From assembly GCA_963808625.1 (NCBI GenBank), contig CAWEHK010000010.1:1-64000 (forward strand): a stretch of DNA of 64,000 nt, given 5' to 3'. The translations under genes and the position numbers were made by a program. Within the stretch, counting starts at the first letter, position 1. Each line of letters starts with the position of its first letter. Shown one piece after another: positions 22,041 through 33,236 of the stretch. The notes beneath the pieces are model-generated. The model made no database searches. It saw only the letters and a list, made by a program, of their open reading frames with translations, and was not told the origin of the DNA. This DNA comes from an uncultured delta proteobacterium. Lineage in GTDB: Bacteria; Desulfobacterota; Syntrophobacteria; Syntrophobacterales; Syntrophobacteraceae.

Positions 22041-23930
22041 CTATATTTCGATTTGAACCCCAAGCTCGACCACACGACCAGGCGGGATACCAAAGTAATC
22101 GATTGCACTGCGAGAGTTTCGAGACAGGAACGCAAATAACGCCTTTCGCCAGCGCAGGAACTTTGACTTGCCGGTGGTAATAAGGGTCTCCCGTCCCAGA
22201 TAATAACTAATGGGATAGAGACTGGGGATGATGCCGGCTTCCAAAGCCTTCTGCATGATCTGCGGCACATTGGGGGTTTCCATGAACCCATAATAGGCCA
22301 GCACCCGATGGAACCCTTCTCCCAGTTCCTCAAACTTCACCCGTTCGCTATCGTCCACCGAAGGAAAATCCATCACCTGAATGGTCAAAAGCAGCACCCT
22401 CTCGTGCAAAACCTGATTGTGCTTGAAATGATGCAAGAGGGAAGGAGGAATAAATTTCGACGATGACGCCATAAAGACCGCCGTGCCCGAAACGCGGTGC
22501 ACACCATGGCCGGCCACGTCTTTCAGGAACGTCTCAATGGGGATGAGGGAGCTGATCAGGCGTTGATAAAGTGCTGCCCGTCCATCCTTCCAGGTGGTCA
22601 TGATCAGGACGATGAGCGCCGCCACGGCCAGGGGAAACCAACCGCCATCAAAGAATTTGAGCAGATTTGACCCAAAATACATGGTGTCGAAAATGAGGAA
22701 CAGACCTACCAGGGGGACCGTCTTACGCAACGACCATCCCCAGGTCCTTGTGGCGACAAAAAAATAGACCACCGAGGTAATTCCCATATTGGCCGTGACC
22801 GCGACCCCGTAGGCGCCGGCAAGCCCGCTGGATGCTTTGAAGACCAGCACCAGACCGATACAAACGATCATCATCATCCAATTCACTTCCGGGATGTAGA
22901 TCTGTCCTTCCGTGGTCTCAGACGTGTGGACGATGGTGACCCGCGGGCAATATCCCAACTGCACCACCTGCCGGGTCAGGGAGAAGGCACCCGAAATCAT
23001 CGCCTGAGACGCGATTACCGTGGCGATCGTCGAAAGGCCCACCATGGGATAGAGCAGCGACTTGGGAACCAAACCGTAGAAGGGATTGACGGCAAGGTCC
23101 GGACGTTCGAGAAGCAGCGCACCCTGCCCGAAGTAATTCAGGATGAGGGCCGGAAAAACGAGAGAAAACCACGAGATGCGGATGGGATTGCGACCGAAAT
23201 GGCCCATGTCCGCATAGAGCGCTTCTCCCCCCGTGATGCAAAGCACCACCGAACCAAGCACCACCAGGCCATGCACATGATGCTCGGCAAAGAAACGGAA
23301 CGCATAAACCGGATTGAAAGCAAACAGAATGTGCGGATTCTGCAGGATATGCATCACTCCCAACGCGGAAAGGGTCGCGAACCAGATCATCATAATCGGG
23401 CCGAAGACCCTGCCGATCCCCGCCGTTCCATGACGCTGGACCAGAAAGAGCAGGAAGAGAATCGTGCAGGTAAGCGGCACGATAAAGCTTTGCGCCGCAC
23501 TGGTCGCCACCTCTAACCCTTCAACGGCAGACAGCACACTGATTGCCGGGGTGATGAACCCATCACCGTAAAGCAACGCAGCCCCCGTCAGGGCAGCAAA
23601 AACCACGATACCGCGAGCCCGCTTAGACCCCAGTTTCTCAGCGGATGGCACCAGGGCGAGCAAGGCAAAGATGCCGCCTTCACCGCGATTGTCGGCACGC
23701 ATCATGAACGTGATATACTTGATGCTCACCACAATCGTGAGCGACCAGGCAACCAGCGACATAACGCCCAGGATGTTGGCCGCATTTGGCTCTACCGCAT
23801 GGGTCCCATGGAAGCATTCTTTAATGGTGTAAAGAGGGCTGGTGCCAATATCGCCGTAGACCACGCCCAGAGCTCCCAGCGCAAGCCCCAGGAAACGCGA
23901 CTTTGAAGTTGGCGTCCGTTCTTTTTGCAT
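22041..23930 (-). CDS. kup: Potassium uptake protein Kup
   Basis: GVVYGDIGTSPLY; GEGGIFAL; GGEALYADMGHFG. Confidence 0.96.
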   Translation of the reverse strand: MQKERTPTSKSRFLGLALGALGVVYGDIGTSPLYTIKECFHGTHAVEPNAANILGVMSLVAWSLTIVVSIKYITFMMRADNRGEGGIFALLALVPSAEKLGSKRARGIVVFAALTGAALLYGDGFITPAISVLSAVEGLEVATSAAQSFIVPLTCTILFLLFLVQRHGTAGIGRVFGPIMMIWFATLSALGVMHILQNPHILFAFNPVYAFRFFAEHHVHGLVVLGSVVLCITGGEALYADMGHFGRNPIRISWFSLVFPALILNYFGQGALLLERPDLAVNPFYGLVPKSLLYPMVGLSTIATVIASQAMISGAFSLTRQVVQLGYCPRVTIVHTSETTEGQIYIPEVNWMMMIVCIGLVLVFKASSGLAGAYGVAVTANMGITSVVYFFVATRTWGWSLRKTVPLVGLFLIFDTMYFGSNLLKFFDGGWFPLAVAALIVLIMTTWKDGRAALYQRLISSLIPIETFLKDVAGHGVHRVSGTAVFMASSSKFIPPSLLHHFKHNQVLHERVLLLTIQVMDFPSVDDSERVKFEELGEGFHRVLAYYGFMETPNVPQIMQKALEAGIIPSLYPISYYLGRETLITTGKSKFLRWRKALFAFLSRNSRSAIDYFGIPPGRVVELGVQIEI

Positions 23931-24226
23931 GAGGTAACCATTCAATTCGTTCTAAAAAGTCATTCCGACTTTCATGCCAGGCCCTTATAGCAGAAACACT
24001 GGAACTTTAAACCTTTAAATGAAAACCATCTAATAACCTTGACCATTTCCACCCAAGCACATAACCTTTTAAAGGCTGGCCGCAAATTAACTGAGAACAA
24101 GAAGAAGAAATAGTGCCGAGCGCGGCGCCTTAGGTGTTCCGTGAAGGCGCCCTTGGCTGAACTCCGATTCATCAGACCAACCATGTCATCACCTGGCATG
24201 ATGGCATGTGGAAAAGTGAGAAATCA

Positions 24227-25560
24227 ATGGCAATCGTAGCGATCGTTGGCAGACCAAACGTTGGCAAGTCCACTCTCTTCAACCGTATGAGCCGGAGAAA
24301 CCAGGCTCTGGTCGGAGACCTTCCGGGCATTACCCGCGACCGCAACTACGCGCAGATCAACTGGGAGGAAAAAACCTTCACCATCGTCGATACGGGCGGG
24401 TACGTCTCGCTGGAGAGCTCAGGCATGGAGGACCTGACACGGGAACAAATTTTGATCGCCCTTGAGGAAGCCGACATCATTGTCTTCGTTGCGGATGGCA
24501 AAACCGGATTGCACCCGGAGGATTCCTTTCTGGTCGATCTCCTGCGCCGCACCTCCAAACCGATTTTCTTTGCCGTAAACAAGATCGACGGTCCGGAACA
24601 GAGGCGAAACATCCCTGAATTCTATGAGCTGGGGCTTGATAACATTTATCCGATCAGTGCCGCCCATGGTCTTGGGGTGGGGGAAATCCTGACGGACGTG
24701 GCGGATGCGATTCCGGAGACGGTCCAAGATGCGGGGGACGATACCGGTGCGGAGGAAATACGGGTGGCGATAGTGGGTCGTCCCAACGTAGGAAAATCAA
24801 CCCTTGTCAACCATCTGCTGGGAGCGCAACGGGTCATCGTCAGCCCCAGTCCCGGCACCACTCGCGATTCCGTGGACTCCTGCTCGAACACAGGGGACAC
24901 CGCTACATGCTGATCGATACCGCGGGCATACGCCGGAAAGGCAGGACCCGTGAGAGGCTGGAAAAAATCAGCGTCCTCAGGGCCCTGCAAAGTGTCGACC
25001 GGAGCCATGTGAGCATCATTCTGCTCGATGCGACGGAGGGGGTTGCCGACCAGGACCTTCATATTGCGGGATATATCCAGGAGCGCTACCGCGCGTGCAT
25101 CATCGGCATCAATAAATGGGATGCCGTGGAGAAGGACGGCAAACAGACGGCGCGCTTTCTGGAGGAAGTCCGGGATCGCTTCCGGGCTTTTCCATTCGCG
25201 CCCATCCTTACCTTCTCCGCCCTGAGTGGCAAGCGTGCAGCCAGAATCATTCCGACCGTCCGCGAAGTTTTTCAGCAATACAGCCAACGGATCACCACCG
25301 GCATCCTTAATCGCGGCCTGGAGCAGGCCTTACAGCATCACGAACCGCCGGTGGTAAGAGGACGCAGGCTCAAATTCTATTATGCCACCCAGGCCTCGAC
25401 CAGACCCCCAACCTTCGTCCTGTTCTGCAACTATCCGGACTCGATTCACTTTTCCTACGAGCGTTACCTGACAAATCAGTTCCGCGAAGCCTTCGGCCTC
25501 GGTAAAACCCCGATTCGTCTTGTCTTCCGCGGACGCGAGGGGAGAGAAAAAGGCGATTAA
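24227..25560 (+). CDS. der: Ribosome biogenesis GTPase Der (frameshift near 24885)
   Basis: Two GRPNVGKS motifs; DTGG/DTAG; YERYLTNQFRE. Confidence 0.95.
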
Positions 25561-25620
25561 GAAACTGTCCAGAAACAACTCGCACACATTTCAGCCTCAT
25601 TTCTAAACACGAAGAAATCA

Positions 25621-25666
25621 CTTCGTGTCGCTTTGTGCTCTTCGTGTTCTTCGTGTTCTTCGTGGT
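25621..25666. repeat. 9-nt tandem repeat (CTTCGTGTT)n
   Basis: About 5 degenerate units. Confidence 0.7.
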
Positions 25667-25701
25667 AAAAGAAGGCCTCTTATTTTTGGAAGTCCCCCAA
25701 G

Positions 25702-25845
25702 TACAGTGCGTCAGAATGAACCGTCCATTATCCCATGACGTCATTCCCGCATTTGGGCGGGAATCCAGATGCCTTTGACTCTCTGGACCCCCGCCAGGAG
25801 CATGCGAGGGTGACATCCGGAGGACCCATTCAGAAACGTTCTGAG
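25702..25845. mobile_element. MITE-like element, copy A (degenerate ends), carrying a CGTC-type REP doublet
   Basis: TACAGTGCG...GTCCA left end; CGTCATTCCCGC...GCGGGAATCCAG...CTGGACCCCCGCC..GCATGCGAGGGTGAC. Confidence 0.5.
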
Positions 25846-25850
25846 GGAGC

Positions 25851-26681
25851 TCAGGTATCCACCTTCCCTGCCAGCCCGGCAAGAAGCCGGATGAAGGATT
25901 CCGCCTCTTCTTCGCGCCCCCGTTTCCTGCACCCACCGCTGTAAATACGGCACTTCTTTCTCAGGGCTTGCAGCGCAGCCTCCCGCTGGCTGGGAGAGAG
26001 AGTTTCCCGCTCCAACAGTTTTGCCAGGGCCTGGATGCGGTAACGGTCCAAGGCCGGGATGGTGTTGGAAAGCTGATCAGCATGGCCGCCGCGTTTGATG
26101 GTCAAGGCTTCATCGACAAGCCCGACAGGATAGCGACAGCCGATCCGCAGCCACAGGTCATAGTCTTCACAGGCGGGAAGGGATTCATCGAAGAGCCCCA
26201 CGGCCTCGAACACTTCACGGTGGATGACTACCGCCGAGGGGCTGATCAGACAGCGCTCAAGGAGTCGCGAAAAAACATAGCCGCGCGGTTTCTTATGATA
26301 TTTTTTGGGATTCAGTTTACGCCCGTTTCTCATCCAGATTTCTTCGGTCTGGCAGATTCTGAACTGGGGATGCCTGCTCAGGAAGTCAAGCTGCATCCGG
26401 AGCTTTTGGGGCAGCCAGAGATCATCGGAATCCAGGAATGCCAGCCATTCGCCCACAGCGGCTCGAATTCCGGTGTTTCGTGCCGAGCTTACCCCGGTGT
26501 GGGGCTGCTGAATGGCGCGGATGGCCAGTCCAAAACCGGCAAGGGCCGCCGCCGTATCGTCCACCGAGCCGTCATCCACAACAATCACCTCGAAGGCGGC
26601 GTCTTGCTGGGCGAGGACGGAGGCGATCGCCTCCCTTACCAAGTGGCTGCGATTGTAGGTGGGAATGATGACGCTTACCAT
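25851..26681 (-). CDS. Glycosyltransferase family 2
   Basis: VSVIIPTYNR; VVDDGS; ARNTG; FLDSDD; EDYDLWLR. Confidence 0.93.
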   Translation of the reverse strand: MVSVIIPTYNRSHLVREAIASVLAQQDAAFEVIVVDDGSVDDTAAALAGFGLAIRAIQQPHTGVSSARNTGIRAAVGEWLAFLDSDDLWLPQKLRMQLDFLSRHPQFRICQTEEIWMRNGRKLNPKKYHKKPRGYVFSRLLERCLISPSAVVIHREVFEAVGLFDESLPACEDYDLWLRIGCRYPVGLVDEALTIKRGGHADQLSNTIPALDRYRIQALAKLLERETLSPSQREAALQALRKKCRIYSGGCRKRGREEEAESFIRLLAGLAGKVDT

Positions 26682-26708
26682 GACCGGCTCAAAAGTAGTC
26701 CCGAGTTA

Positions 26709-26757
26709 TGAGTCCTGAGTGCTGAGTCCTGAGTGCTGAGTGCTGAGTGCTGAGTCC
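26709..26757. repeat. 7-nt tandem repeat TGAGT(G/C)C x7
   Basis: Read directly from the sequence. Confidence 0.9.
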
Positions 26758-26778
26758 CGAAAAGCGCTGCTAGCTGTG

Positions 26779-26865
26779 TATCGCACCACACAATTAAGTG
26801 TCCCTTTGTAACATCGTCATTCTCGCGAAGGCAGGAACTCGGACACTCATTTCGGTACAGCTGTA
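26779..26865. mobile_element. MITE-like element, copy B (internally deleted)
   Basis: TATCGCACCACACAATTAAGTGTCC ... GGACACTCATTTCGGTACAGCTGTA, one REP half inside. Confidence 0.6.
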
Positions 26866-26883
26866 CCGGGTCTCATTAGTTAG

Positions 26884-27035
26884 TTTCCATTCGGAAGCTC
26901 CGCAGATTTGGAATTAGACCGTAGGGGAGGGGTTCATCCCCTCCCGACATGCGCTGAATTCATTGCCAATTTCGGGAGGACATAAAATCCGCCCCTACGT
27001 TCGTCTGATTCGAGCAATGGGTTTCCGGATGAATA
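26884..27035. repeat. GTAG REP doublet (REPIN-like) inside a longer imperfect inverted repeat
   Basis: GTAGGGGAGGGG...CCCCTCCCG / CGGGAGG...GCCCCTAC; flanks CATTCGGAAGCTC..GAATTAGAC vs GTCTGATTC..GGGTTTCCGGATG. Confidence 0.65.
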
Positions 27036-27072
27036 CCAGTTATGGTTGGAGAGTGCCCCTCGGACATGACGG

Positions 27073-28815
27073 TTACCCGCTGAATCCGAGCCACAGCATG
27101 GCCGCGGCGCCATAGCCGATCAAGACCGACTCGATCAGCGTCTCATAAAGAGGATCTTCTTTCAAACGCCTCTTGCGATACATCCGAAGCTGCCACCCAT
27201 AGGCCGCCGCCACCGGAAACAATGCGTAGGCAAAGCTTGAACTGAGCCCCCCCAGGGGCCCGACGACCGCGGAAAACAACAGCAATGCCAGCATCCAGGT
27301 AAGGAAATGCGTCGTTCGCCTTTCTCCGAGCAGGACCACCAGGGTTTCTCTCCCCACGAGGCGGTCGCCACGCACCGCCATGAGATCCAGCAGCGCCGTG
27401 CGCACCAGGACGACCAGGAACACAACCCAAAAAGCGTACGCCATCTGAACGTAGGAATAGTGCAAAGCCGGTATCAGGGGTGCTATGGCCGTAACACATG
27501 CCCAGGCAACGGGGATGGAAAACGTCTTCGAGGTTGGAATATCCTTGATCTTCAGAGCCGACAGCTTCCGCCACCTGGCAGGCAGGATCCCCGGCACAGC
27601 ATAAATAAGGCCAAGGAGGATCAAAACGACGAGGAGACAAAATGTCATGAAACCAATAGAGACAGCAATCCCGAGAGAGATCGCCAACGCCGCCACACTG
27701 GTTCTGGTAAAGGCTGATCGCCAGCGATGGTAGAAGGCAGCCCGTCCGGGATCATTCAATTGGATCGCATTGCGATCCAGGTAGATATTCAACGAGTGCA
27801 TGGCAAACGCATACGAAGCAGCCATGGCGCTTTCCGCCAGGGAGCCGGGAAGCTTCATCAGGGCGTGCACGGCAACAGAAAGCAGCGCCGCTCCCAGGGC
27901 AACGTAGGCATTTGCATAAGCGAGCATTTCCAGGATTCGCTTGAGTTTGACCCGCAAACCGGAGGATTCGGGTTGGATAGACTCCAAAAACTGGACCACA
28001 TTCCGGATGATCCAGTTGGGGGTTGACGCTCCCGCCGATACTCCCACCGAGGAATAACGGGCCATCTCCTGCTGGTTCAAGTCCGCTTCCGTTTCCACAT
28101 AATAGGTGGGGACTCCGCACTCGCGGCCAATTTCCGCCAGCCGCAGCGTATTGCCGCTGTGGTACCCGCCCACCACTACCATCGCCTCAACCTGGGAACA
28201 CAACTGCCGGACCTCGGCCTGCCGCTGATGGGTCGAGTCGCAGATCGTGTTCTTGACCACGCCATGAGGGTAGCGTTTGAGAAATTGCTCCTGAATTTCG
28301 GCGAAGATCTCTTCGTTCTGAGTGGTTTGAGCAACCAGCAAAACCTTCTCCCAATCCTCGGGAAGGTCGCTTATCTGCTCCGGTCGATTGACGACTCTGC
28401 CCCGGCCTCCCGTGTATCCGAGCAAACCGATGACTTCGGCATGGTCCGCATCCCCGACAATGACCGTGTAAAAGCCGTGGCGGGCATGTCTTTTGATCAC
28501 CGCGTGAACCCTTGCTACGCGTTTACAGGTGGCATCCAGGAGGGTGGCGTTGATGCCGCGCAGCCGCTGCCGCTCATGGGGTGGAATCCCATGAGCACGA
28601 ATCACCACTCTTTTCCCGCTGCAGTTTTCTAAATCGTTTTCCTCGCGGATTCCTTTCTCTTCGAGCATGGCCAGGACCTGCCGGTTGTGAATGAGGGGGC
28701 CGAAGGTACAGATCCTTTCCCCCTCCTGGCGCTTCTGAATGGCCTCAAGAGTAATCTCCAGGGCATCCTTCACCCCTTTGCAGAACCCCGCGGTTTTAGC
28801 CACGAAGACTTTCAT
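27073..28815 (-). CDS. ispH: IspH (LytB) fused to a C-terminal UbiA-like prenyltransferase membrane domain
   Basis: AGFCKGV, LIHN, IRAHG, DATC, QTT, TICDST, SAGASTP; then TM domain with NIYLD..D and DLMAVRGDRLVGRETL. Confidence 0.9.
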   Translation of the reverse strand: MKVFVAKTAGFCKGVKDALEITLEAIQKRQEGERICTFGPLIHNRQVLAMLEEKGIREENDLENCSGKRVVIRAHGIPPHERQRLRGINATLLDATCKRVARVHAVIKRHARHGFYTVIVGDADHAEVIGLLGYTGGRGRVVNRPEQISDLPEDWEKVLLVAQTTQNEEIFAEIQEQFLKRYPHGVVKNTICDSTHQRQAEVRQLCSQVEAMVVVGGYHSGNTLRLAEIGRECGVPTYYVETEADLNQQEMARYSSVGVSAGASTPNWIIRNVVQFLESIQPESSGLRVKLKRILEMLAYANAYVALGAALLSVAVHALMKLPGSLAESAMAASYAFAMHSLNIYLDRNAIQLNDPGRAAFYHRWRSAFTRTSVAALAISLGIAVSIGFMTFCLLVVLILLGLIYAVPGILPARWRKLSALKIKDIPTSKTFSIPVAWACVTAIAPLIPALHYSYVQMAYAFWVVFLVVLVRTALLDLMAVRGDRLVGRETLVVLLGERRTTHFLTWMLALLLFSAVVGPLGGLSSSFAYALFPVAAAYGWQLRMYRKRRLKEDPLYETLIESVLIGYGAAAMLWLGFSG

Positions 28816-28847
28816 CGTGTATGCTCACCTTTTGAAAAGAACCATTA

Positions 28848-28997
28848 CTCACCGCAGAGACGCAGAGAGCAAAGCAAAATCCTACAGAATTCCTGGAAAT
28901 CGCAGGTTAGGAAGAGGGACGCAACAAGAATTCTCTGCACTGCTACGTGCAATTTAATTTCTTGTTTCCTCTGCGACCTCTGCGTCTCTGCGGTGAG
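28848..28997. repeat. 150-bp element bounded by a perfect 20-bp inverted repeat
   Basis: CTCACCGCAGAGACGCAGAG / CTCTGCGTCTCTGCGGTGAG. Confidence 0.8.
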
Positions 28998-29114
28998 ACA
29001 TTATGTTTCCCACCTGCACGGGTATAGCAGGTTCATTGTGACTTGACAATCGGGCGTCAGACGTTCAGAAACGTTCTGAACATTGCCGCGGGCAACTGGT
29101 GAAGGAAACGCTGC

Positions 29115-30036
29115 ATGGAGTCGATGGCCGGAGTCGATGTCGCCATTCTGGGGGCCGTTCCCCAGGAGATCATGGCCTTATCCGAACTTTTGGAAACCTG
29201 CCGGGTATTCTCGTTTCGGCGCCAAACCATCTGGGTTGGAAAGCTGGCACACCTTTCCGTGCTCATGGGAACAACAGGGCTCGGGAAAGTCAACGCTGCC
29301 ATCACGACCGCCTCCCTCCTGGAGCGCTTTGCGGTTGCCCAGGTCTGGAACGTCGGTTGTGCCGGGGCCTATCCCGAAGGCCCGCTCCGGGTCGGCGATG
29401 TGCTCGTGACCAAGGTGGCCCTGTGCGGGGACGAAGGGGTCATAACGCAAGAGGGCGTCCAGTCGGTTTCCGAGATTGGGATTCCGCTTGTGGTCGACAA
29501 GGGCGTGGCATTCTTCGATCGTTTTCCCCCTCACTGGGATGAGAACCTGGAGGCAATCATCAACCGGACCCCGCCGGGGTATTACCGGCAAGCAAGAGGC
29601 CCCCGGCCGGAACGCGCTGTTTTGCATGCCGCAGAGGACGGGACCGGCTTCCGCAGACGCGACGACACACTGGACCACCCAATCGATGAGCTAAAGGCTC
29701 CCTCAGGACCCTCGCCACGTTCCGGGGAGGCGGAAGCAGACCTTTTCCGCCTGGTGCAAGGCCCGAGCCTTACCGTCGGTATGGCAAGCGGTGACCCGGA
29801 AGTGGCGAGTGAGCGCTTTCGGCGCTCACGGCGCCTATGCCGAGAACCTGGAAGGCAGCGCGGTTGCCCAGGCCTGCCTCCGTTTCCAGGTCCCGATGGT
29901 GGAGTGTCGTGGGATGAGCAACGTGGCGGGGATCCGCGCGAAAGAAACCTGGCAACTGGAAAAGAGCGTTGCTCATTGTCACGGTATCGTTATAAACTGG
30001 CTCGAAACCTTACAGTCGCTTATTGTTAATGGTTAG
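29115..30036 (+). CDS. mqnB: Futalosine hydrolase (MTA/SAH nucleosidase family; frameshift near 29820)
   Basis: GLGKVNAA; NVGCAGAY; ENLEGSAVAQ..ECRGMSN; adjacent to mqnD. Confidence 0.8.
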
Positions 30037-30107
30037 TCGTTAATCGATCCCTGCCCCCCAACCCCGCCGCCGCGGGGATGAGGAGTTCCGGCGACAGACG
30101 GGAGAAT

Positions 30108-30213
30108 ATGGACGGAATTTTGCGCATTGGCTACTCACCGTGTCCCAATGACACGTTCATCTTTTTTGCCCTGACGGAAGGGCGCATCGATACGGCACCC
30201 TATCATTTCGAGG
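30108..30213 (+). pseudogene. mqnD: 5' fragment of 1,4-dihydroxy-6-naphthoate synthase
   Basis: LRIGYSPCPNDTFIFFAL signature; similarity ends after about 35 codons at a REP half. Confidence 0.8.
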
Positions 30214-30273
30214 TGGACTCCCGCTGGAAGCATGCGCGGGTGACGGTTGGAGGGATTTTTTGGACACCCTCTT
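30214..30273. repeat. Right half of a CGTC-type REP element
   Basis: TGGACTCCCGCTGGAAGCATGCGCGGGTGACG resembles 46037-46068. Confidence 0.65.
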
Positions 30274-30307
30274 AGGCATAGTAATCAACAAATAGGAGAG
30301 GTTTTCG

Positions 30308-31446
30308 ATGACTTCACATCCCCTTCCATACATGCTGTTTCCGTACTCGGTTCTGTCTGAACAAGAATCCCGCCACCTGTCGGTCCTGCTTCCATGCCTG
30401 GCGGTGCTGCAGGTGATTCGCCCGCCTCTGACCCCCGGTTGGCTGCAAAACCAGATCACCGGATGGCCCGTGATCACGGAACAGGAACAGCTCAAGACGC
30501 TCAAACTCTGCTTGCAGGGTTATCAGCAATTTGCCGCCGTCCACGGGGAAAATAGCGTGCTTGCTTCGTTGCGTCTGGATCAGATTTCCAGGGACTTTGC
30601 CGAGAGTCGTTTTCGCATCCAGACGAACTGAAGAAAAGTGATTCCGATGAATTGGATGATTCGGAAAAAGCACTTCTGGAAGCGGCGATTTTCCTGGAGA
30701 TGGCCAGGGATTTGGAAGAAAAAGAGATAGAACTGGAGGCCGGTTTTAATCAGATCAGTAGCCTTGAGGGCGCCTTCCGCGAGGTCCTTGGGATTTCGGA
30801 CGAAGAAGAGCTGGCCGACGCCATCGAAACCTTGAGCCCACCGCTGAGGTCTGAGAAAGCTTACCTTTCTTTTATGCTTCCCAAACGGATTGAATCGTGG
30901 CTTCGGCTGTTTTCCAATAACCTGCCCGAGGCCTGCCCGACCCTGGTGACGACTTCGGAACAGGTCCTGGAGGAACTTTTCGAGCCGGTGCGCGTAGCCT
31001 GCGAACGAACCGGGAAAACCTTGGGACCCAGCGCCTGATTTTAGGCTCCATCCCCGCGCTCGATGACCTTCCGCCGGCGGAATTCCTCAGCCTGCTCAGC
31101 AACCCGGAAGCATCCCCCTTGCTCGCATCCGTCCTGGCAGTGCTTGCAAAATACGCTCCTCTCGCCTCATGACACCGCCAGTCGCGAACAATTGTCGGAG
31201 GCCTTCGAAACCCTGCAAGACTATCTCCGGCTTTACCGCCGGGAAGTCGGCCTGCCCGACGGCGCCGAGATCCAGATGGACCTGGTCTATGACAACGCGA
31301 TAAGATGGAGCACCCTTCATCAATATTTTGAGCAGGTGGGTAATTTTGAGCAGTTCACGGGGGACTCTTGCCCGGATGATTCGATCAAGATCCTGGTATG
31401 CCGAGTTATGATTTATTTCTCTGCTCTCGATCTCCGGGAACGTTGA
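30308..31446 (+). CDS. Hypothetical protein (two apparent indels)
   Basis: RBS GAGAGG; three consecutive same-strand ORFs. Confidence 0.55.
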
Positions 31447-31517
31447 ATCCCACAATTTCTTCGTATTTCTATTCGGTCATTCGTATTGGAATTGGATATT
31501 CGGTTGCGTTCTCAGTT

Positions 31518-33236
31518 CTATAGCTTGCCCGACCGGAGAATCGACACAATCAGCCAGACCCCGAGGATGGTTGCAACGACGTAGCCGGTCAGGCCAAAGA
31601 GGGCGGTCAGAGAGACCTTATTCAATCCCAGGAACGGGACCGTAAGTTCCAGCACTTTTTCCGAAGAATTCAGGACCAGCGCGGCAGCGATGATGGATGC
31701 CGCAATGATCACTCCAATGGTCAACCGGTTCACGCCCTTCTCAAGGTGCGTATCGAGAAGCTCGAAGCCGCTGTGCACCAGTTCCAGCCGCTGCCTTCCC
31801 TGGGCCGTCGCGCGCAGCACATCGTTCACATACTTGGGAATGGTCTTGCCATAGGTCGCCAGGGCGCGAGCATCCCGGCCCAGGTTCTTGAGCATGCTCC
31901 GGGCGTCGTACCCGCGCTGCAGCAGCTCCTTCGCGTAGGGTTTGGTCACTTCGAGAAGGCTGGCATCGCTGCCGAGGATCTTTCCCAGGGCTTCCGTCTG
32001 GATGAAGGTCTTGAGCAGCAGCAGGAGATTTCGCGGCAGGCGGATACGATATTTCAGGATCAACTGCATCAGTTGATCGTAGACGTCGCGCACCGAAATG
32101 TTTTGCAGGGATCGCCCATAGAAGGACTCGCTCATGTCCTTGAGGTCGGTGCGAAAGGCCTTGAGGTCCATGGCCTCGTCACTGACCAGCCCGGCGTCCA
32201 GCAGGGCATCCATCACCATATCGTAATCATGCTCGGCATAACCCAGGAAAAGATTCGCAATCTCGCGCATCATCTCATCATCCAGGTAGCCGGTGATGCC
32301 GAAGTCAACCAGGCCGACGCGCCCGTCGCGCATGACAATCGTATTCGCCGGATGCGGGTCGGCATGGAAGAAGCCGAATTTCATCAGTTGCCGGGAAAAT
32401 GAGCGGAGGCCGATCAGGGCGATTTCCTTGGGGTCAATCCCCATGGCGCGCATGGCTTCGACCTGGTCCATCTTGACCCCGTCAATGTGTTCCATGACCA
32501 GGACCGATTTCGACGTGTAGTCCCAGTAGACCCTCGGGATGTAGATTTCTTCGTCGTTCTTGAAGTTGAAGGCGAACTTCTCGATGCTGCCGGCTTCGAT
32601 CAGCATGTCCAGTTCCCGAAAGATCACCCGCTCGAACTCCTTGACCAACATTGACGACCCCGAGGATGCGGCCCATCTCGAAGGCCTTTTCAATCCGGTT
32701 CGCCAGAAAATACATGAGGCGGATGTCTTCCCGGATTTTCTTGTCGATCCCGGGGCGAATGACCTTGACGGCAACCTTTTCTCCGCTGAAGAGTTTCGCC
32801 ACGTGGACCTGGCCGACGGACGCCGCCGCCACGGGCTGGGACTCAAAGTCCTGGAAGATCTTGTCCAGCGGCCGCTTGAGCTCACTTTCGATCACGCGCT
32901 GGATCTCGGGAAAAGGAGTCGGGGGGACCTGGTCCTGAAGCTTCTTGAACTCCTCGATGTACTCGGGAGGGAAAATATCCGCCCGCGTGCTCATCAACTG
33001 CCCCAACTTGACGAAGCTCGGACCCAGCTCTTCGAGAGCAAGACGCACCCGGACCGGAGAGGGAAAACCGGGTTTGCCAGGAAGCGCATCAGACTCAGAG
33101 ACCTCCCCGGATTTCTTCTCCCGCGCCCCGGACGCTGATCAATCAGGTTCCCAAACCCGTGTTTCGCGAGGACCCGGGTGATGGTCCCGAATCTTCTCAT
33201 CCCCCTGAAACCGGACATGCTTCCAAGCAGCTTCAT
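31518..33236 (-). CDS. AarF/UbiB family atypical kinase (indels)
   Basis: LGPSFVKLGQ; AASVGQVH; FFHADPHPAN; DFGITG. Confidence 0.9.

Noticed and set aside
23946..24226. c-di-AMP riboswitch upstream of kup
   Set aside because: No recognisable ydaO consensus.
26709..26757. CRISPR array or coding repeat
   Set aside because: Spacer-less intergenic heptamer tandem.
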